NCBI GenBank assembly: GCA_963833425.1
Contig: CAWHXP010000008.1
Location: 52,578-116,577, forward strand
DNA length: 64,000 nucleotides
Reading direction: 5' to 3'
DNA from: an uncultured Methanosarcinaceae archaeon
Lineage (GTDB): Archaea; Halobacteriota; Methanosarcinia; Methanosarcinales; Methanosarcinaceae
Shown here: in pieces, positions 45,308 through 56,002 of the stretch
How the letters are laid out: every line of letters starts with the position of its first letter
Position numbering within the stretch: position 1 is the stretch's first letter
Notes under the pieces: generated by a model
What the model was told of the DNA's origin: nothing
Databases searched by the model: none
Seen by the model: the letters and a program-made list of their open reading frames with translations, nothing else
Position numbers and translations under genes: made by a program

Positions 45308-45613
45308 ATGATGGATACTCAAACAATACTCATGTGCACATTACTATCACTCCTATGGGCCTTAAAATATATGGAAAAGTATCATGACGATCATGATATA
45401 AGCATTTGTCATATGACTGAATATCGAAACCCTACAAAAAATAATGAACAATTAAAAAATGAAGTCAAATACAAAAACTAACTGGAAGATTTGGACGTTA
45501 TTCCACAAAGAAAAAAAGTCAGAAGTAAATCAAGATATTATGATATATATGAAGACTGGATAATAGAAAACAGTAGTTGTAGTAATGTAACAATAATCAA
45601 AAAAGAATATTAA
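45308..45613 (+). pseudogene. Small hypothetical gene (101 codons) with one internal TAA at 45479; or a 57-aa small membrane protein
   Basis: GGGAGG RBS, then MMDTQTILMCTLLSLLWALKYMEKYHDDHD... The same frame continues 43 codons after the stop. Confidence 0.5.
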
Positions 45614-46213
45614 GAGATCGAGTGAAGATTTTACATAAAAGTGTGCATGATACCTGCTTTCCGTAAGAAAAGGGTTATAACCTTCAATTTTTTGTTCTTT
45701 TTATCTGTTGTAACTAACTCCCCTAGTGGCGAACTCCGATCAAAAAATTTTTAATTTTTGCCTTATTTTAAAAACTGAATCTTTGGGTAATTTTTAATAC
45801 CTCCTATTACTAACCTACTATTAATACAATTTAGCAGATCTTTTTATTAATATGGTTTTAAATTAATTTAACCTTAATTAATACTAATATTCGATGCCTT
45901 TCAGTGATTCATTGATCAAATCTAAAAAAATTACTACTAATATATTTGGGGAAAATGCAAAAAAATTCAATTTCTATTTTATCCAGCGACTCACTAGCAT
46001 GGTAAAAAATAGTTTACCATGTAATCCAAGCACGTCTATTATGCAGATGCTAAGCCATAGAATCTGGATAACTTAATCAACCACTTTAAAATTTGTATTT
46101 ACATAACTTTTAAATCCATTTAAGTGAGTGTACCAAGTGGGATAGCAAACTGCAGAAACTTAACTATGCGGAGTAACTCGGTTTATATATAATGTCCAAG
46201 CTTTTAATGAATA

Positions 46214-47630
46214 ATGGTCAAAATAAGCTTCAAGCAGGGAACTCTGCTAATAATGGGCAATGTCAGGGTCCCAAATGCAACATGGGACGAAAGGAGTGGA
46301 AGTTTAAGGGCTCTTGCTATCTATTACAGGGATACGGTAAACTATTTGAAAAACTCAAAAATTCAGTTTGAGGATAGGGTGCTTAGAGGATAGGGTGCTT
46401 AGTCTTCTCCCCTGTCCTGACCTTGCAGCAGCATATGAAGCTTCAGGAAAAAAACTGAAATTGAGGGACTATCAGGCGGAAGCTCTTGTTTCCTGGGGTG
46501 AGAATGACAAATGGGGTGTAATCGTCCTGCCTACAGGAAGCGGAAAGACCCTTGTTGGAATTCAAGCTATATCAGGGTGCAATACCCCTACTCTTGTGAT
46601 CGTCCCTACACTTGACTTGCTTGAGCAGTGGAAAAAGCAACTTGAAGAGAGCTTTTCTATAGAAATCGGACAGTTGGGGGGTGGGGGGAAAAAAATTCTT
46701 CCCATTACAGTTTCGACGTATGACTCTGCTTATATTCAAGCCGAAAATCTTGGGAACATTTTTGGCCTTGTTATTTTTGATGAAGTACATCATCTACCAG
46801 CAGCAGGGTACAGGAACATTGCCGAATTTTCCGCAGCTCCTTACAGGCTTGGGCTGACAGCCACGTACGAAAGAGAAGATGATCTACACTCGGAATTGAA
46901 TAGGCTTATCGGTGGGAAGGTATATGAAAAGCAAGTATCGGAACTTGCGGGTGGACACCTTGCCACCTACATGATTAAGCAGGTAACTACGAAGCTTACG
47001 GACGAGGAACGGAAAGAGTATGAGAAGCATTATTCTATTTTCCTTAATTATATCAGAAAAACTAGAACAACTCTAAAAGGGCCACTAGATTTTCAAAAAC
47101 TTGTAATTAAAAGCGGGAGAGACCCCGAAGCCCGAAAGGCTTTACTTGCACGAAACGAGGCTAGAGACCTTGCTTTCAATAGCAACTCAAAACTTGAAAA
47201 ACTTAAATATATTCTGGAGATACACAAAGAAGATAGGATATTTATTTTTACGGAACACAATCGCTTTGTCCACCAGATTTCTAGAGAATTTTTCATCCCA
47301 GCAATTACCTACAGGACACCTACAAAAGAAAGAAGTTCAATTCTTGAAAGGTTCAGGGCAGGAAAATATAGGGCTGTTGTCACATCAAGGGTACTTGATG
47401 AGGGTATCGATGTCCCTGAAGCGAATATAGGAATTATAGCAAGTGGGACAGGCAGCAAACGGGAATATGTCCAGCGCCTCGGGAGGATCCTGAGAAAAGA
47501 AAAAGGAAAGAAAGCAATACTATATGAAATTATTTCTGAAAAAACGACCGAAACCGGAACTGCAAGGAAGAGAAAAGAAGCTTTTTCGGTACAAAAAATT
47601 CACCGGACACAGGAAAAAAGTCCGATATAG
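46214..47630 (+). pseudogene. xpb: XPB/Rad25-type SF2 DNA repair helicase interrupted by a 16-bp tandem duplication
   Basis: N-terminus from ATG 46214 (MVKISFKQGTLLIMGNVRVPNATWDERS...). Motifs LRDYQ, PTGSGKT, DEVHH, GLTAT, DEGIDVP, QRLGRILR. Duplication GAGGATAGGGTGCTTA x2 at 46370-46401. Confidence 0.88.
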
Positions 47631-47685
47631 AGGAAAAAAGTGCTGAAAACTCTCAAAAATCCTAAAAGTTCTGGAGGCAACTCTT

Positions 47686-49479
47686 CTGCTCACATCTGAC
47701 CTTCTTATAACCCGCATCTCTAAGGGGAAAATAAAGCCATCATATGCAGCTTTTAACTCCGAAAACCTGAAAATTTCCAGCCTCCTAATCGAAACATTCA
47801 AACAGAACATCGGGAAAACCTATGGAGACCTTCTGGTCAAACTTGAGGGTTATGAACAAATGAACTATCGCTTTGTCAGGGGCTTAGCACAGTTACTAGG
47901 AAGGCGAGCTATGATCGAAACAGATGCATCTGTCGACCCTTCTTTAGCCAGAGAAACAATCTTTGAAGCCTGTAGAGGAATGGCCCTTAATGTTGCCGAA
48001 AAAAACGAAGCACTGCAAAAAGCAGCAAAGAAACTTTCAATTTCTGGCCCGAAACTTGAAAAAGCATTATGGGCAGATCTTGAAGAGAATCAGGTTCTGA
48101 AAAGCTTTTGTTATATCTCTCCCGCAGAACTCCTCAAACAATACAACATTTCCCTAACCCAGACCCTGCTCTTCCGTGCAATTGATTTTGATATATGGAT
48201 AAAGAGCGATTTTCAAATTATTTTAAGGAAGATTCTTCGTTCTGGGCTTATGTACTCACTGGACCTGGATACGGAAGATACTACGGACAAGAAGGAGGCT
48301 AGTGAACAAAATGATGATGAAAAAAAAAGGTCTGAAGGACTAAAAGATATTCATCTTCATATTGAAGGGCCAGCCTCACTTTTCCGAATGTCTGAGCGTT
48401 ATGGAAATTCCTTTGCAAAAATCTTCCCGATCTTGATGAAATCAAAAGACTGGAAACTGAAGGCAGGAATTCTTTACAAAGGTTCCCAAGGAAAACGTAT
48501 CCTCGAATTTACCCTTGAAAACTCCAATGAAGTTTTCAAATCTGTATCCGAAAAGACCAGAGACATGGAAACCTGTTCTTCAGAACTTCAGCTTATAGAT
48601 AAAAAGGAGGGTGAGGAGACAGGGAAAAAAGTCAAAACTAAATTTTCAAAAAATGAAGCTGAAACTCTAGAAGAAAATGCTGAAATTGAGACATATGATA
48701 GTACAATTGAACATATTTTCAGCAGTTTTAGATTAGGGAGCTGGAAAATAAAACGGGAACCTACAATTCTCAAAGCCGGAAAATATGCTTTTGTCCCAGA
48801 TTTTTCCCTGCAAAGAGACAGCATGAAAGCATATCTGGAAATCGTGGGCTTCTGGACTCCGGAATACCTTATAAAAAAAATTAAAAAACTTAAGGAAATA
48901 AAGGAACCTGTTATTCTCCTGATTAACAAAAGACTTAAATGTTCTGAAAAAGACTTCCCTGCTCAGGAAGTGATTTTCTTTGACAGGAAGATTCCAATAA
49001 ATAAGGTCATGCAGGTTCTAAAAAAATATGAGAAAAAGAGACTTGCAGAGGACTATGCAATACTGCAGAAAATGGACATCCTGCTTTTTGAAGAACTGGT
49101 AAACCTTGAGGAAATCGCAGCTGAGAAAAAAGTACTTGTTGAAGCTTTAAAAGAAGTAATTGTGGACAGGTATACTAAATCCAGGAAGTGCGGAGAATTC
49201 GAGGTGTCTGGAGAGTTAGAGGAATGGGGAAATTATGCGCTCCTTGGAAACTACTTAATCCATAGACAGTTGCTTGAGAGAATCAAAATAGAATTTGAAA
49301 AGCCTGGGGCAGCAGAGACATATGCAGGTGCGGTAAAGGTTTTTGAGAAATTTAAGTTCGATAGCAGCCTTTATTATCCTATTCTCGAAAAATTCGGGTA
49401 TAAAGTTATCTGGGCAGGGCTAAGTGAAGAAGAGGCAAAAATTATAAAAATTTCTAAAATAACTGAACAGCACAAATAG
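47686..49479 (+). CDS. bax1: Bax1 / DUF790 endonuclease, XPB partner
   Basis: GPASLF...RYG, YDSTIE, REPTIL....FVPDF, LEIVGFWTPEYL.KK. The frame extends upstream of ATG 47860 to (CTG)LTSDLLITR... after a GGAGG RBS. Confidence 0.88.
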   Translation: MLTSDLLITRISKGKIKPSYAAFNSENLKISSLLIETFKQNIGKTYGDLLVKLEGYEQMNYRFVRGLAQLLGRRAMIETDASVDPSLARETIFEACRGMALNVAEKNEALQKAAKKLSISGPKLEKALWADLEENQVLKSFCYISPAELLKQYNISLTQTLLFRAIDFDIWIKSDFQIILRKILRSGLMYSLDLDTEDTTDKKEASEQNDDEKKRSEGLKDIHLHIEGPASLFRMSERYGNSFAKIFPILMKSKDWKLKAGILYKGSQGKRILEFTLENSNEVFKSVSEKTRDMETCSSELQLIDKKEGEETGKKVKTKFSKNEAETLEENAEIETYDSTIEHIFSSFRLGSWKIKREPTILKAGKYAFVPDFSLQRDSMKAYLEIVGFWTPEYLIKKIKKLKEIKEPVILLINKRLKCSEKDFPAQEVIFFDRKIPINKVMQVLKKYEKKRLAEDYAILQKMDILLFEELVNLEEIAAEKKVLVEALKEVIVDRYTKSRKCGEFEVSGELEEWGNYALLGNYLIHRQLLERIKIEFEKPGAAETYAGAVKVFEKFKFDSSLYYPILEKFGYKVIWAGLSEEEAKIIKISKITEQHK

Positions 49480-49481
49480 TA

Positions 49482-49570
49482 TAGAATTTCGATAAACTCC
49501 TAAATTTTTCATATGCTTATAAATGAAATAGAAATGACTCGAGAAAATTAGAGGTTCATCGAAATCTTCT
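49482..49570. mobile_element. ~90-bp MITE-like element, copy 2
   Basis: Inverted ends AGAATTTCGATAAACTCC / GAGGTTCATCGAAATCTTCT. Confidence 0.6.
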
Positions 49571-49917
49571 ATTATATTGATCAATGCAGAATTTTATTGT
49601 CTTGAAAACCATGCATTGCTGTTTTTAGGTAGCTATGTTCTATCGTACATTATACTTTTTTGGGCATTGTGTTGGGATATAGATTCAAAATTTTATCCAG
49701 AATAGGTGTTTTGCAAGTTAAAATGTTGTTGCCTTGACAATATTATTAAAATATTTAAGAGTTTGACTACCTAAAGCAATAAGGTAATTATTTTGATTAA
49801 TTATTAAATATAATTTTTTAGTAAAAAAATTTAATTGGTAGTGTGAAGTATAATTATTCATATTTGTTTTACAGTTATTCCTCGTATTATATTTCTAAAT
49901 ATACGTTAAGAGTTTAA

Positions 49918-50260
49918 ATGAACAAAATTAGTAGTGATAAAGCAAATACTGGTATATACTCATAACGGTTTTAGAAATCAATATGTTTGCGCTTTTAATC
50001 CTAGTAGCAGCTCTAGCAACAACAATGTTTCTATTTTGAACAAGTCTGATGAAGCAAAAAAGTATGTACAAGCAATTGAAATCAGTCCGCAGGATTCAAA
50101 AATTTGGTACAATAAAGGAAATGATCTAGATAATTTAAATAAATATTATAAAGCAATATAAGTATTTGACAAAGTATTTGAAATTAACCCGCAGTATTCA
50201 GAAGCTGGTACAATAAAAGAAGATGCTTTTTCTCAACAAAATAAATACGATATAATAAAG
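49918..50260 (+). pseudogene. TPR protein pseudogene (paralog of 31098-31832)
   Basis: AIEISPQDSKIWYNKGNDL...FDKVFEINPQYSEA. The upstream 300 bp is homologous to the upstream region of the intact TPR gene. Confidence 0.75.
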
Positions 50261-50566
50261 CTGCGAGAGCAGATCAAAATCAAAGATACCCAGGTAGGTG
50301 TCAAAGATACGATGAACTCCAACAGGCCAGAATAGATTATTAAAAACTCAAATCTCAGTATTTTATGGCCAGATGAGCATTAAGGACAAGCAAATAGAAA
50401 GCTAAATGAGAATATGCAAAAATAGACTGTACATATTCAAAGCTTAATTCATGGAAATTATAGGCTAAACATCAAGCTGCTCCCGTGCATTGTAGAAAAA
50501 AGGTATGTAGAGTGAATAGTTAGATAAACCAAGCTACAATTAAATCAATATATCATATAAGAAGAA

Positions 50567-51146
50567 GGTCCGTTGCAAAAACTTCAGAATAAGCATGTAA
50601 ATCTATAAGTAATAAATAAAAGTCAAAAGATCCGAGGGAAATATACCAACATTATAAAATTATACTAAACAATTGTTTAATATATTTGACTTCATTAAGA
50701 ACAGAGTAATTTAGATTATTGACTTGTCTTTTTTAACCATATTCATAGCTTCAATTCCTTTTAAAGTCTTACTAGCAGAACTAAAAGACTGAAAGCCTAA
50801 CATTGAACGAACTATCCGCTTTATAGATCTATGATCTTGTTCTATAATGTTACTCAAATACTTTACTTGTCTAATTTCAACATTTTTAGGCAACTTTTTT
50901 TCAATCTCAGGAGAATATTGATGTAACCATCTCATGATTATCGTATGGTCGACTTTTATTCCTCTTTCTATCATCATTTCCTTTAAATTTCTATAGCTCA
51001 ATGGGTATTTTAAGTACCATCTTACATTAATAGGATAATTTCTCCTTCTTAATGCTCTCCCATTTAAAGAAATTAGATAGCATATTACTATCTTTGGTTT
51101 TCTTTTATTCTATTGTCCCTTATAAAAGATTTTTTGCAACGGAACC
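50567..51146 (-). mobile_element. IS6-family element with internal deletion
   Basis: TIRs GGTCCGTTGCAAAAA (50567) and TTTTTGCAACGGAACC (ends 51146). The transposase lacks its DDE core (YSPEIEKK fused to LPKNVEIRQVKY). Confidence 0.93.
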
Positions 51147-51688
51147 GAATTTATTATTATATATCATTTTAAAGTCCAATTTAGTTCGACTTTTTTGAGA
51201 TTTTGTGTCCTAGCGATTTTTGCTTCTATGTTCCAGTAGTTATTTAATATTTTCTAAATAAATTTCAAGGATGAAATTATCTCTACGCACTCTTAATATA
51301 CATAAAAAAATCTATAAGCTAAGACCCGAAATCGAATCGGGATGACATGAACACGAAATCCATTGCATAATTTTTCCAGCATACTAGCATTCATGCTCAG
51401 CATTTATTTCTGGTTTTAAGCCGTTGATTAATGCCCTATGTTCCGTAGACTCTCCAAAAATATCCAATTATATCGCAGACCTCATCTAAATTTTGTTTTA
51501 TGAATATCATGAAAAAAGTATTTAAGCTTGTGCGAAAAACATCTAGTTTTCCAATATTTGTCATTTATGGTTGTATGAGTTTTTTAATCCACTGCCTTAT
51601 AAGATAATTTTTTTTGGACTTCTGCGGAAAGTGAGTTGTATAAATTAGGTTATTTCTATTTAGGTAGAATCTTAAAACAGCATTGGAT

Positions 51689-53126
51689 CTATTTCAGATT
51701 CAATTCTCTAAAAACCTCCTCGCGTATTGCTAAAAAATCAGGGCTTGTTCTATCCCTTTTCCTGGCTATGTGTATATCAATAATTTTTTTCGTTTTCCCT
51801 GGGCCAGCTGTCATGATGACAATGCTATCCGCCAAAAATACTGCTTCCTCAATATCATGCGTAACAAATATGATCGTCTTTTTCTTCTCTTGCCATATTC
51901 TTTCAATCTCATTCTGCATGGTCATTCGTGTCATTACATCCAGGGATCCAAAGGGCTCATCCATTAAAAGAACAGAAGGATCAACCGCCAAAGGCCCTTG
52001 CAATAGCAGTTCTCTGTTTCATGCCTCCGGAAAGTTGGTTTGGATGATGATTTTTGTAATTCGACAATCCGACCAGTTTGAGGTATTCCTCAGCTATTTC
52101 CAGACACTTCTTCTCATCAAATCCCTTTGACTCCAGTCCCAGTTCCACGTTCTTGATTACTGTTCTCCAGGGAAGCAGACCAAAATTCCGAAATATAGCA
52201 ATCCGATCAATTGAAGGTTGACCAACAATATTTCCATTAATCTTAATGGCTCCAATATTTGCCTTGATTGTGCTTCTTTCCGGCAATCCGAAAAGACTAT
52301 CAATTGCTATTGAAGATCCAAAGGTACTGGTCCAAGCAAAGGCAAGACCACATCGCAGGAACTGCTGCATGACATTTTTCCAATCTCCATCAGTTCCTGT
52401 GGTTGTTCGATGAAGGGCTTCGACTACTTCGTGATAAGCGCTAACAGGGAGAATATCTAAATCCTTCCATACCTTTATCCGTTCCGATGTCGTAAAAGCA
52501 TGCAATGTTTTATGTTTATCAGGTACTGTTCTAGATAAATCTTCGAGAAGGACATCAGCAACCTTCGATGCGATTGATTTTATTGTTTTTCCTTCGATAT
52601 CGATACCTAATTGAGCAGCAGATTTTCTTAATTTTTCTTCGCCTAGAATTTGTAGATTTAGGCTGCCTTCGGCAGCAGCCTTTAGGGTAAGCATTATTTC
52701 GCGTCCCCTGGCACCATGGGCGGCCGCTTCTGCAGCACCCCATCTTAATAGGTTTCTTGCAACAATAAGGTCTGCATCCGCTCCGCATACTCCTCTAGGG
52801 CTTTTCTTGGTGATCCTGCAAGGTCCGATATTACAATTGCGACAGCATATACCTGCCATACCAAAGCTACAATGTGGCTTCTGCTGATCAAAACGATCAA
52901 AAGGAGTTTCACAGCCGAGCTTTTCCATTCGTAATAGCAGTTCTTTAACTGCGGGATCAGGCGTGTTCTCTAATACATCTCTCTTTGTCGGGAAACTTTT
53001 TTTATATTCAGCTACAGATTCTGTATAATCAGCGAAGTTCCTCCCACCATGATGATGGTTTTGATGACTATATTCATCCTTATGAGAATGGTCGTTGCAA
53101 TGGTGGCGAATCTCAGGAAACTTCAT
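51689..53126 (-). pseudogene. cooS: Deletion chimera: N-terminal ~half of anaerobic Ni-CODH (CooS) fused in frame to the C-terminal part of a TauB/NrtD-type ABC ATPase
   Basis: CooS motifs QQKPHCSFGMAGICCRNCNIGPCRI, GVCGA.AD.IVARNL, AAAHG, ALHRTTTG.D. These are followed by ABC motifs LLPWRTV..NV, LSGGMKQR and, after a frameshift, MDEPFGSLD, FVTHDIEEA. Confidence 0.9.
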
Positions 53127-53263
53127 TGTTTAATGACCTCTATTTGTACGTTTTACTGAATTCAGTTCAAAGCACCTTCATATTTGGGCAGCTTTCTACA
53201 GAATATCCAAGAGGAAAAATGATCTAGTTGAAATTTGTCTTATGTAATAGTTTGCATAGTTTT

Positions 53264-53279
53264 ATTCACAATTGTGAAT
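53264..53279. promoter_or_regulatory. Perfect 16-bp palindrome ATTCACAATTGTGAAT (putative operator) upstream of cooS
   Basis: Identical copy at 55694. A minus-strand TATA (TTTAAATA) lies at 53305-53312. Confidence 0.75.
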
Positions 53280-53873
53280 TAACAACAGCTATACTTACTG
53301 CCAATATTTAAACCTCCATTTCAGGGCAAAATTTGCCAGAAAAATTCTTAACATCGATGTTTTGGGAGAAAGTGTGTTTGTTCTGGAGTTATAGGCTATT
53401 TATAAAAGACATTTGACGATATTAAGACAATAAATCCTATAAAATGACCAATCTTGACCCTAAATTTCATGCTAAATTAAATTTTGTAAGTAAGTGCAAT
53501 AACTATTCTCCATGAGGTCGAGAAAATGCACACGTTTTAAAGTAAACATTTTGTATTCTAAACGTCAACTTTCGATTACAATTTTTACATTATGTGATTT
53601 TTACTTAATTTCTACCGCGAAAATGAAAATTTCAGAATTTTTACATATGTTTTTGACAACTTGATTTTCTATAGTTTAGAAAAATGCAATTTTCTACCGA
53701 TTACATACAGATTAAATGCAAAAAAAGATATAGTCCCATGGGCCATGCATCAACCTTTTGATGAACGATTGCTGTTATTTTTGATCTTTGATGTCCCTGA
53801 TAGTCCAAAATCAAAGCAAATTAAAACCGGAAATGAAACATACGCATCCATTATCCAGAAATTTTATAGTGTT

Positions 53874-54875
53874 TCAGTCCATCGTGAGGTTAGAAACATT
53901 TAATCGACTCATTATTGGGCCACTTAGAACGGATGTAACCATTGCCATGATAACCAAAGCCACAAACAAGCGGTCATCGATAAGTTCTGCATCCCTGGCT
54001 ACAGTAGCTAATATCATTTCCATAGCGCCCCTCGCGTTCAAAGCAAAACCTATGATTGCAGATTGTCTCCATGACATCCTACTTACCCTTAGGCCAAGCG
54101 TCACACCGAGCACCTTACATATACATGCAACTAAAAGAACTGCAAGCACCAGGTTTAGGTCAAATGATGCTACGAAATTCGTCTGTAGCCCAATTGAAAC
54201 AAAGTAAAGTGGGGCAAAAAAATACATGACGAACTGATAGACTATCTCATGTGCTTCATCCAGTTTCTCTAAGTTCTGGGAGAATGCAAGACCTACCAAA
54301 AAAGCGCCAAAAACAGCATGTATCCCTATACATTTACTGTTGCTGCCCCAATAATTATCATCCCCATATCTGTATTCAGCAAGTCTAGGTCCATGAGAGT
54401 TCTCGCAATAACCGGGAGAGCTGATATAGACAACGCTGTTCCCATGAACATCGCGGAAAAAAATGTTTCGCCCTTAAAATACCCCTCCCACATATTTGGA
54501 AACATGACGACCATACCGAAGCCAAATGTAAACGGTAGCAATATAACCCATTAAGCTAGCCCATGCTATGTGAATGCCGCTGTTCCTAACGAGCTTCAGG
54601 TTCATTTGCAGACCTGCAATGAATAAAAAGAAAAGAATACAAATTTGGATTAGTGCATCTCTGCCCTCAAAAACAGTACCAGATGCTGGAAATAACCATC
54701 GATAATTACTTGGACTAAGCCATCCAAAGACAGTCGGACCGAGAATGATGCCGCCAAAAAGCTCGCCCAGGACCGCAGGAAAACGAAGACTCCTCATTAC
54801 ATGACCGCACAAAAATGCTACGAAAAGCATCACAGAGATCTCCAGGAAAAATATTACCATATCCATTGGTGCCAT
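53874..54875 (-). pseudogene. Cation/H+ antiporter (CPA2/KefB-like) pseudogene
   Basis: PAVLGELFGGIILGPTVFG, LFFLFIAGL, ALSISALPVIARTLMDL, FAPLYFVSIGL, NARGAME. Split into three ORFs with an internal deletion. Confidence 0.88.
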
Positions 54876-55308
54876 ACTGAATTATCCTCATTACTTAAAT
54901 TATAAAAGAATATGTCCAAGATTGACCTATAGCACTCGAAGATGCTAATTAAGTAAACATTTTTGCATCCATAGGTTTGTCTAAAAAACACATGGCTGGT
55001 CCATAATAAGCTATATATCAAAATAAATTTTGACCAAAGCAAAGCATTTTTATTAGGCTATTCGTGAAAGGTCTTGGAAAGATATCCAGATCCTAGAATC
55101 GACTTTCTGTAGATCTTTCTTCAAAAATAGTCTTTTTCACAATTATTCCATCAACTTAATTATCTTATTTTTAATTTAATTTAGATCTGTAATTTGGATT
55201 ATCACGTTTGAGTTAATTCCAATTTTTCTTTTTGTAATCTTTCTCATCCAACTTTCAACAGATGTACACAAAAATGCCATTTCTGGTATACTGAATAATT
55301 ATAATAAA

Positions 55309-55638
55309 TCATTCTATCCAGGGCTCAAGTCCTTTTTTCCTGAGATAGTCGTTAATAGCTTCATGGACTGCTTCTTCTGCAAGCACTGAACAGTGCATTT
55401 TTGCCGGAGGGAGCCCATCAAGCGCTTCTGCAGCTGCTTTATTTGAAAGATTTCAAGCTTCTTCCAGAGTTATTCCTTTGATTAGTTTGGTTGCCATACT
55501 GCTTGATGCGACTGCAGCCACGCATCCCAAAGTCTGGAACTTCACGTCTGCAATCCGATCTCCTTCTATTTAGAGGAATATCTTCATTACATCTCCGCAT
55601 TTTGCTACGGGGGTTGGAGCATATATATTTTGACTCAT
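55309..55638 (-). pseudogene. iscU: IscU/NifU Fe-S scaffold pseudogene (N-terminus missing, two in-frame stops)
   Basis: Manual translation: MSQNIYAPTPVAKCGDVMKIFL*IEGDRIADVKFQTLGCVAAVASSSMATKLIKG.TLEEA*NLSNKA.AEALDGLPPAKMHCSVLAEEAVHEAINDY. All three IscU Cys are present. Confidence 0.88.
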
Positions 55639-55693
55639 TTTTATATTTGAAATACAAGAGCTTCTCGATAACTATATATTTAACATAAGTTAA

Positions 55694-55709
55694 ATTCACA
55701 ATTGTGAAT
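55694..55709. promoter_or_regulatory. Perfect 16-bp palindrome ATTCACAATTGTGAAT between iscU and cysK
   Basis: Identical to 53264-53279. A minus-strand TATA (TTTATATA) lies at 55734-55741. Confidence 0.75.
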
Positions 55710-56002
55710 CAATTATAAATCGCGTTATGTAGCTATATAAAGGTAGCTTAGAATTGCAAAATTTCCGGCGAGTTGAAATGCTTAAAATAAGCTTTGGAAG
55801 CTTTCGATAATCCACAAATTTTGTCAAATGCTTACAAATGATATATAGATGATTCGTATAAATTAGAGATTATTGAAATCCTCCGTAATTATGCTTGAGA
55901 AAGGTTTGAGTGAAAAATTATGAATTACTGGAAATTCTGGATATACTCTGGAATGAATTAAATTATATGAATCTGGAAAAAACTGCAGGAGAAGGTAATT
56001 GT

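Noticed and set aside
46391..46402. Pyrrolysine (amber) read-through rescuing xpb
   Set aside because: The TAG lies in the shifted frame. Read-through meets another TAG and then TGA and cannot rejoin the helicase frame.
51300..51635. Possible further IS relic ending GGACTTCTGCGGAAAGT
   Set aside because: Only one TIR-like end, and the translation is too degraded to support a family call.
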